Assembly: GCA_964016885.1 (NCBI GenBank)
Contig: OZ024754.1
Coordinates: 5,270,001-5,334,000 of the forward strand
Direction of reading: 5' to 3'
DNA length: 64,000 nt
Source of the DNA: Eledone cirrhosa
Lineage: Eukaryota
Numbering within the stretch: the stretch's first letter is position 1; every line of letters starts with the position of its first letter. Below the pieces are notes generated by a model. That model was not told the DNA's origin and did not search any database. It was given only the letters and a program-made list of their open reading frames with translations. Positions 59,097 through 64,000 of this stretch are shown here, one piece after another. Position numbers and translations under genes: made by a program.

Positions 59097-59251
59097 ATGT
59101 ATACCTATGTGTATATATATTTATATATATATATGTAAATGTATGTGTATATATATCTACATGTACACACACATATATGCATATATATATATGCATGTAT
59201 GTATGTATATGTGTGTGTATATATATTTATATATGTATGTATATGTATGTG

Positions 59252-59303
<52 letters not shown>

Positions 59304-59319
59304 TATGTATGTGTATATA

Positions 59320-59416
<97 letters not shown>

Positions 59417-59704
59417 TTATACGTACAAGATTGCCTTTCGATTTCTCTAATGTTGCGTTTCACACAGGGAGCGTGCTTTTTGTAGTCAAACGCTAGATAC
59501 TGCATGAATATGAGGCAGCATTTGTCAGGTTATCTGACGTGGCCGAATCTTTTGCTGTCCGAATGTGACTGGACTCCCAACATATCGTGCACATTTCTAT
59601 TGTGAATAGCATTAAATCAATACCTCTGCATGTTTGTTGTGGACTACAGAGATTTTATATGTCAGCATACACGCAGAGTACACGCATCACATATACATGG
59701 ATAT

Positions 59705-59768
<64 letters not shown>

Positions 59769-59867
59769 CAGGTTTTGGTGTCCCCCGAGAAATGTATACA
59801 CACTTCTACAGCATTTCAATAAATATTGACTGTACAGGTAATCAAAGTATGTATACATTTTTGAGGA

Positions 59868-59870
<3 letters not shown>
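59769..59870. mobile_element. Tc1/mariner-type MITE (decayed)
   Basis: Homologous to 22509-22611. Confidence 0.65.
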
Positions 59871-59898
<28 letters not shown>

Positions 59899-59899
59899 C

Positions 59900-59979
<80 letters not shown>

Positions 59980-60076
59980 TAATAATGATAATTTATTAAC
60001 CTGGTCATTTATTTATTCATTCTGTATACGTATGCATAATACACACATATATATATGTATGAATATATGTATGAAT

Positions 60077-60923
60077 ATCTCTACCAGATATTTTGTTTTA
60101 GTCTCATTCATTCTGAGCCCCACACTCATCAACACAGACTCCTGCATCAAATCCTCTGGCTCCTTCACTGTATTTGTCACCATAACTATGTCGTCGGCAA
60201 ATTCAGCATCCGATATCTTTTTCGCTTTAACTCTCCTGCTCTGAGCCGGTGCTACAGTAAAGCCAGAGTCCTGGTGTTTCTCCAGTGCAAGGCGCATTAC
60301 ATAGTCCAGAGGGGATCACTAATGTAAGCGGGATGCCGCTAGAATGGGTTGAGAACTTCCTTTATTTGGGTGCAAAGATTGGGAATACGGAAGATGATGT
60401 GGTTGAGAGGAAGAGCAAATCTTGGGCGGCGTGCCACAGCTTGAGATCGGTGTGGTAGTCGGACCTTCGTAAAGACCTGAAAATCCTCCTCTTCATTGCT
60501 GTAGTGGAGTCTGTGCTGCTGTACGGGTCTGAGACTTGGACACTGACCAAGAAACTCATTCAGATGGTGGAATGGTGCTACACGAGAATGCTGAGGATGG
60601 CTCTGAACATTAATCAGTATACACGGAGGATGAAAAACTCAGAGGTGTATGGGATCCTCCCAAAAGTCAGCTCAAAAGTGACACAAAGCAGACTGAGGTT
60701 AGCTGGCCATGCTCACCGACATCCAGAGTTGACATTGCACTCAGTGCTCCTGTGGGAGCCCCTACATGGACACACTGGAAGAGGAAGACCAAGGTTAACG
60801 TATGTTGTTGCCCTAAGGACAGACACTGGTCTGTTGGAGACGCATGACATGGTAGCGATAATGAGGGACAGAGACCGCTGGAGAGAACTCGTCCATGGAT
60901 CTCGGGAATTTTCCCCGCCCTAG
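60077..60923 (+). mobile_element. RTE-like LINE 3' fragment with 5' inversion
   Basis: The minus segment 60077-60310 encodes the RT EFADDI...GLRMNETKTK. The plus segment continues VENFLYLG...[12 protein letters not shown]...RLAGHAHR (one stop). Confidence 0.88.
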
Positions 60924-61529
60924 AAATATTTGTATATATATATATATATATATGCATGTGTGTGAGTGTGTGGTTGTGTCTATATATGTATATATGTATA
61001 CGTGTATATTTGCGTCTGCCTAAGTGACTACACGTAGATATGATCGAGAATGTTCCCAACATTCTCAGTTGAAAATGATTTGGTACCACACGGCATTTAG
61101 TATCTGAGCGGCCTAACACAAAGTAGATCTCGTTAGGTTTTGAAGGCTGTGATCAAACACGCGACAATCTAGTGCCTATAATATCAGGTGGGTATTTGAA
61201 TATGTTCATGAGTATATAAACTTACCCATTTCATTGTTAATATAAGTTTCCAAAATGTCCAAACATAGCCAAAAGCTTTACATAGCTTTATCTTCGAAAC
61301 CACTCGATGTCTTGGTTTCTAACACCATGAGGCTGTTTTATCGCTGATGAAGTTGAACTCATATTTATTCATCTACTACGCACGTTCTCCACCACACTGC
61401 TATCACAGATTTGGTGTCCCTCATGCGTACTCCAGCAAGTAATTGAAATTGTGGGTAACATGATTTCCAACAGAAAGAACTCTAGAAATGTCTTTTGAAC
61501 TTCATCATCGCCACCATGTATTGCGTCTC

Positions 61530-61874
61530 CCAGAGACAAGTGTCTGTCCTTCAGGCAACTATATATGTCAACGTCTGCCTCCCTCTTCTAGTGTGTCCGT
61601 GTAGAGGCTCCCACAGGAACACCGAGTACAGTGTCAACTCTGAATTTCGGTAGGCAAGTCCAGTTAAACTCAGTATCCTCAGTATCCTGTTAATTTCGAG
61701 ATGGCCATCCTCAACACTCTCGAGTAGCACCCATCCACTATCTGAATAAGTTTCTAGGTCAATGCCCAAGTCTCAGACCCGTACAGTAGCACAGACTCCA
61801 CCTCGGCAACGAAGAGACGGATCTTCAGATCTTTACGAAGGTCCGACTTCCGCACAGATCTCAAACTGTGGCAC

Positions 61875-61878
<4 letters not shown>
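61530..61878 (-). mobile_element. Decayed copy of the 60310-60923 RTE-like family
   Basis: Reverse complement aligns with GGCGTGCCACAG...TCGGACCTTCGTAAAGA...GGGTCTGAGACTTGG...CATGGACACACT. Confidence 0.75.
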
Positions 61879-61914
<36 letters not shown>

Positions 61915-62419
61915 CATGCATACATATGTATATATGTATATATATATATTCATAATTATATATATATACATACGTATATCTATCTATCTACCTATCTATC
62001 TATATCTATATATCTATCTATCTATCTATATATATTCTTTTTTTCAAATACCACTTTGGAAGAAGAATCAGGATGGAGAGAGAGGTGCTGTACCCCAGCA
62101 AGTTTTATGAAAGGTGGGTGAAAGTGGCGAGAATGGCCCGAGTGAATGGGCCTTCTCTCTATATCAGCCTGTAGATTGAGGAAAAGGAGGAGGAGAGGAA
62201 AGGAGTACAAGCTCTTCGTACTCCTGGAGATGAGGGTTGCACATTTTTTTCGGGGGTATGTGTTACCCATATAAACTGTCTCCCTCTATTGGGGAAAATC
62301 GACTAACTTTTAAATTCCATCTGTGATAACATTTTACACGTTTTTATTGTATGTAAACTTCCCCCTTTGTATTTGTCCCCTTCTTTTGTGCCCCTGTGGC
62401 TAATAAAGAAATATATCTA

Positions 62420-62466
<47 letters not shown>

Positions 62467-62468
<2 letters not shown>

Positions 62469-62686
62469 GTTATTCCGGGTTGAATCGGAGGTAACCACAG
62501 TAAGTAAGGTACTCAATACATTGCAGTGTATAAAAGTTTTAATATAGATGAGATTCTACAGGACTAGAACTGTTTCATTCTTTAGAAATCATCCTTCTTT
62601 TTTTTATACATAAAACTCTTTTCGTTTGTTTAGAGATTCCTGATGATTTCTAAAGAATGAAACAGTTCTAGTCCTGTAGAATCTCA

Positions 62687-62690
<4 letters not shown>
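62467..62690. mobile_element. PLE-type tail-out inverted terminal pair with a 41-bp junction insert
   Basis: 62543-62593 is the reverse complement of 62642-62692; left-only tail 62467-62542; (TA)n on both sides. Confidence 0.75.
62633..62685 (+). ncRNA. Type I hammerhead ribozyme
   Basis: GAGATTC-CTGATGA-T-TTC-taaa-GAA-T-GAAA-CAG-ttctagtc-CTG-TA-GAATCTC. Perfect 7-bp stem I, stem III with a real loop, GUA site. Confidence 0.85.
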
Positions 62691-62747
<57 letters not shown>

Positions 62748-63150
62748 GCATATCCAATCATCTATCAACATGCACCACATGAATATGGTTTTTAATATAT
62801 ATGTTTTGGTAGCGATTCGAGTAGATATAGATACACAAATAAAAAATACGTTTGCGTGTATTTGTTTTTCTGATTAAATTTTCCTTCTTTTTTTTATACA
62901 TAAAACTCTTTTCGTTTGTTTAGTTTCTGCTTTCGTGCAGACACTTCTATATTTGTATGTATTACGTCTAGATTAACATGGACATGTATCTCCACAACTC
63001 TACCTAGAGATCTCTGTCATATATATATGTGGCCGGACACCTTCAATTGAACAGACACGCACATACTCATACATACAGGTACATACCTGTACATACCTGT
63101 ACATACTCATACATACAGGTACATACCTGTACATCGATATATATATATAT

Positions 63151-63187
<37 letters not shown>

Positions 63188-63240
63188 TATACATTTATCC
63201 ATACAAACAAACACACATATACATTCATACATATAAATAT

Positions 63241-63274
<34 letters not shown>

Positions 63275-63298
63275 TAAGTTATGCATGTACATACTACT

Positions 63299-63375
<77 letters not shown>

Positions 63376-63434
63376 TTATATATATACATAAAATATATAT
63401 TTATATATATATATATTTATATATACATATATAT

Positions 63435-63483
<49 letters not shown>

Positions 63484-63555
63484 CATATATGTATATACAT
63501 ACATATATGCACGTCCATATACGCATTTATACATATATCTATACATATATCTATA

Positions 63556-63649
<94 letters not shown>

Positions 63650-63670
63650 TATGTCTGTGTAGGTGTGTAT

Positions 63671-63736
<66 letters not shown>

Positions 63737-64000
63737 TATGCAGACACATAGATTCCTACAGAATTGTCTCGAGCAGAATTATATTTTCCCAACATGATTG
63801 ATTAAGAAATTATTTGATTTCATATATGCTTTGAAAAAAATAAAGAATATATATACATAGATGAAAAAAACCAATGCCATCTCTCGCTGCCAGAACGGTC
63901 AAACATTGAAGCAATCCTCACAGAGTTACATTGTTTGACATCGGTCAGTATGTGGGATAAGAAAATGCAATTAATGGCACCTCCCTCACCATTCCTAATG

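Overview
AT-rich eukaryotic intergenic/intronic DNA dominated by (TA)n, (CA)n, (GA)n and trinucleotide microsatellites. The SINE and MITE repertoire suggests an octopod cephalopod (inference). No host protein-coding gene can be supported, and almost all ORF-track entries are microsatellite artefacts. The main feature is a very young Penelope-like retroelement (PLE; RT plus C-terminal GIY-YIG, Neptune/Nematis-like) at 16198-20472. It consists of two 5'-truncated copies joined head-to-head (1905-bp arms, 410-bp spacer), with both 3' ends in (TA)n. Around it are short PLE-type termini from several families, embedded in microsatellites (almost always (TA)n). Several carry hammerhead ribozymes (HHRs): complete cores at 22728-22788(-), 42237-42292(-), 62633-62685(+) and in the PLE 3' UTR, and partial ones elsewhere. 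These insertions repeatedly follow one architecture: a tail-out inverted pair in which one arm has the full 3' tail and the other ends at an internal TA site. One palindrome has both arms starting exactly at the predicted HHR cleavage site. The window also holds many tRNA-derived SINEs (one with its A-box head amplified 9x), RTE-, R4/Dong- and CRE-like LINE fragments (two with twin-priming inversions), MITEs, minisatellites and local duplications. All calls are by eye; no database search or folding was run.
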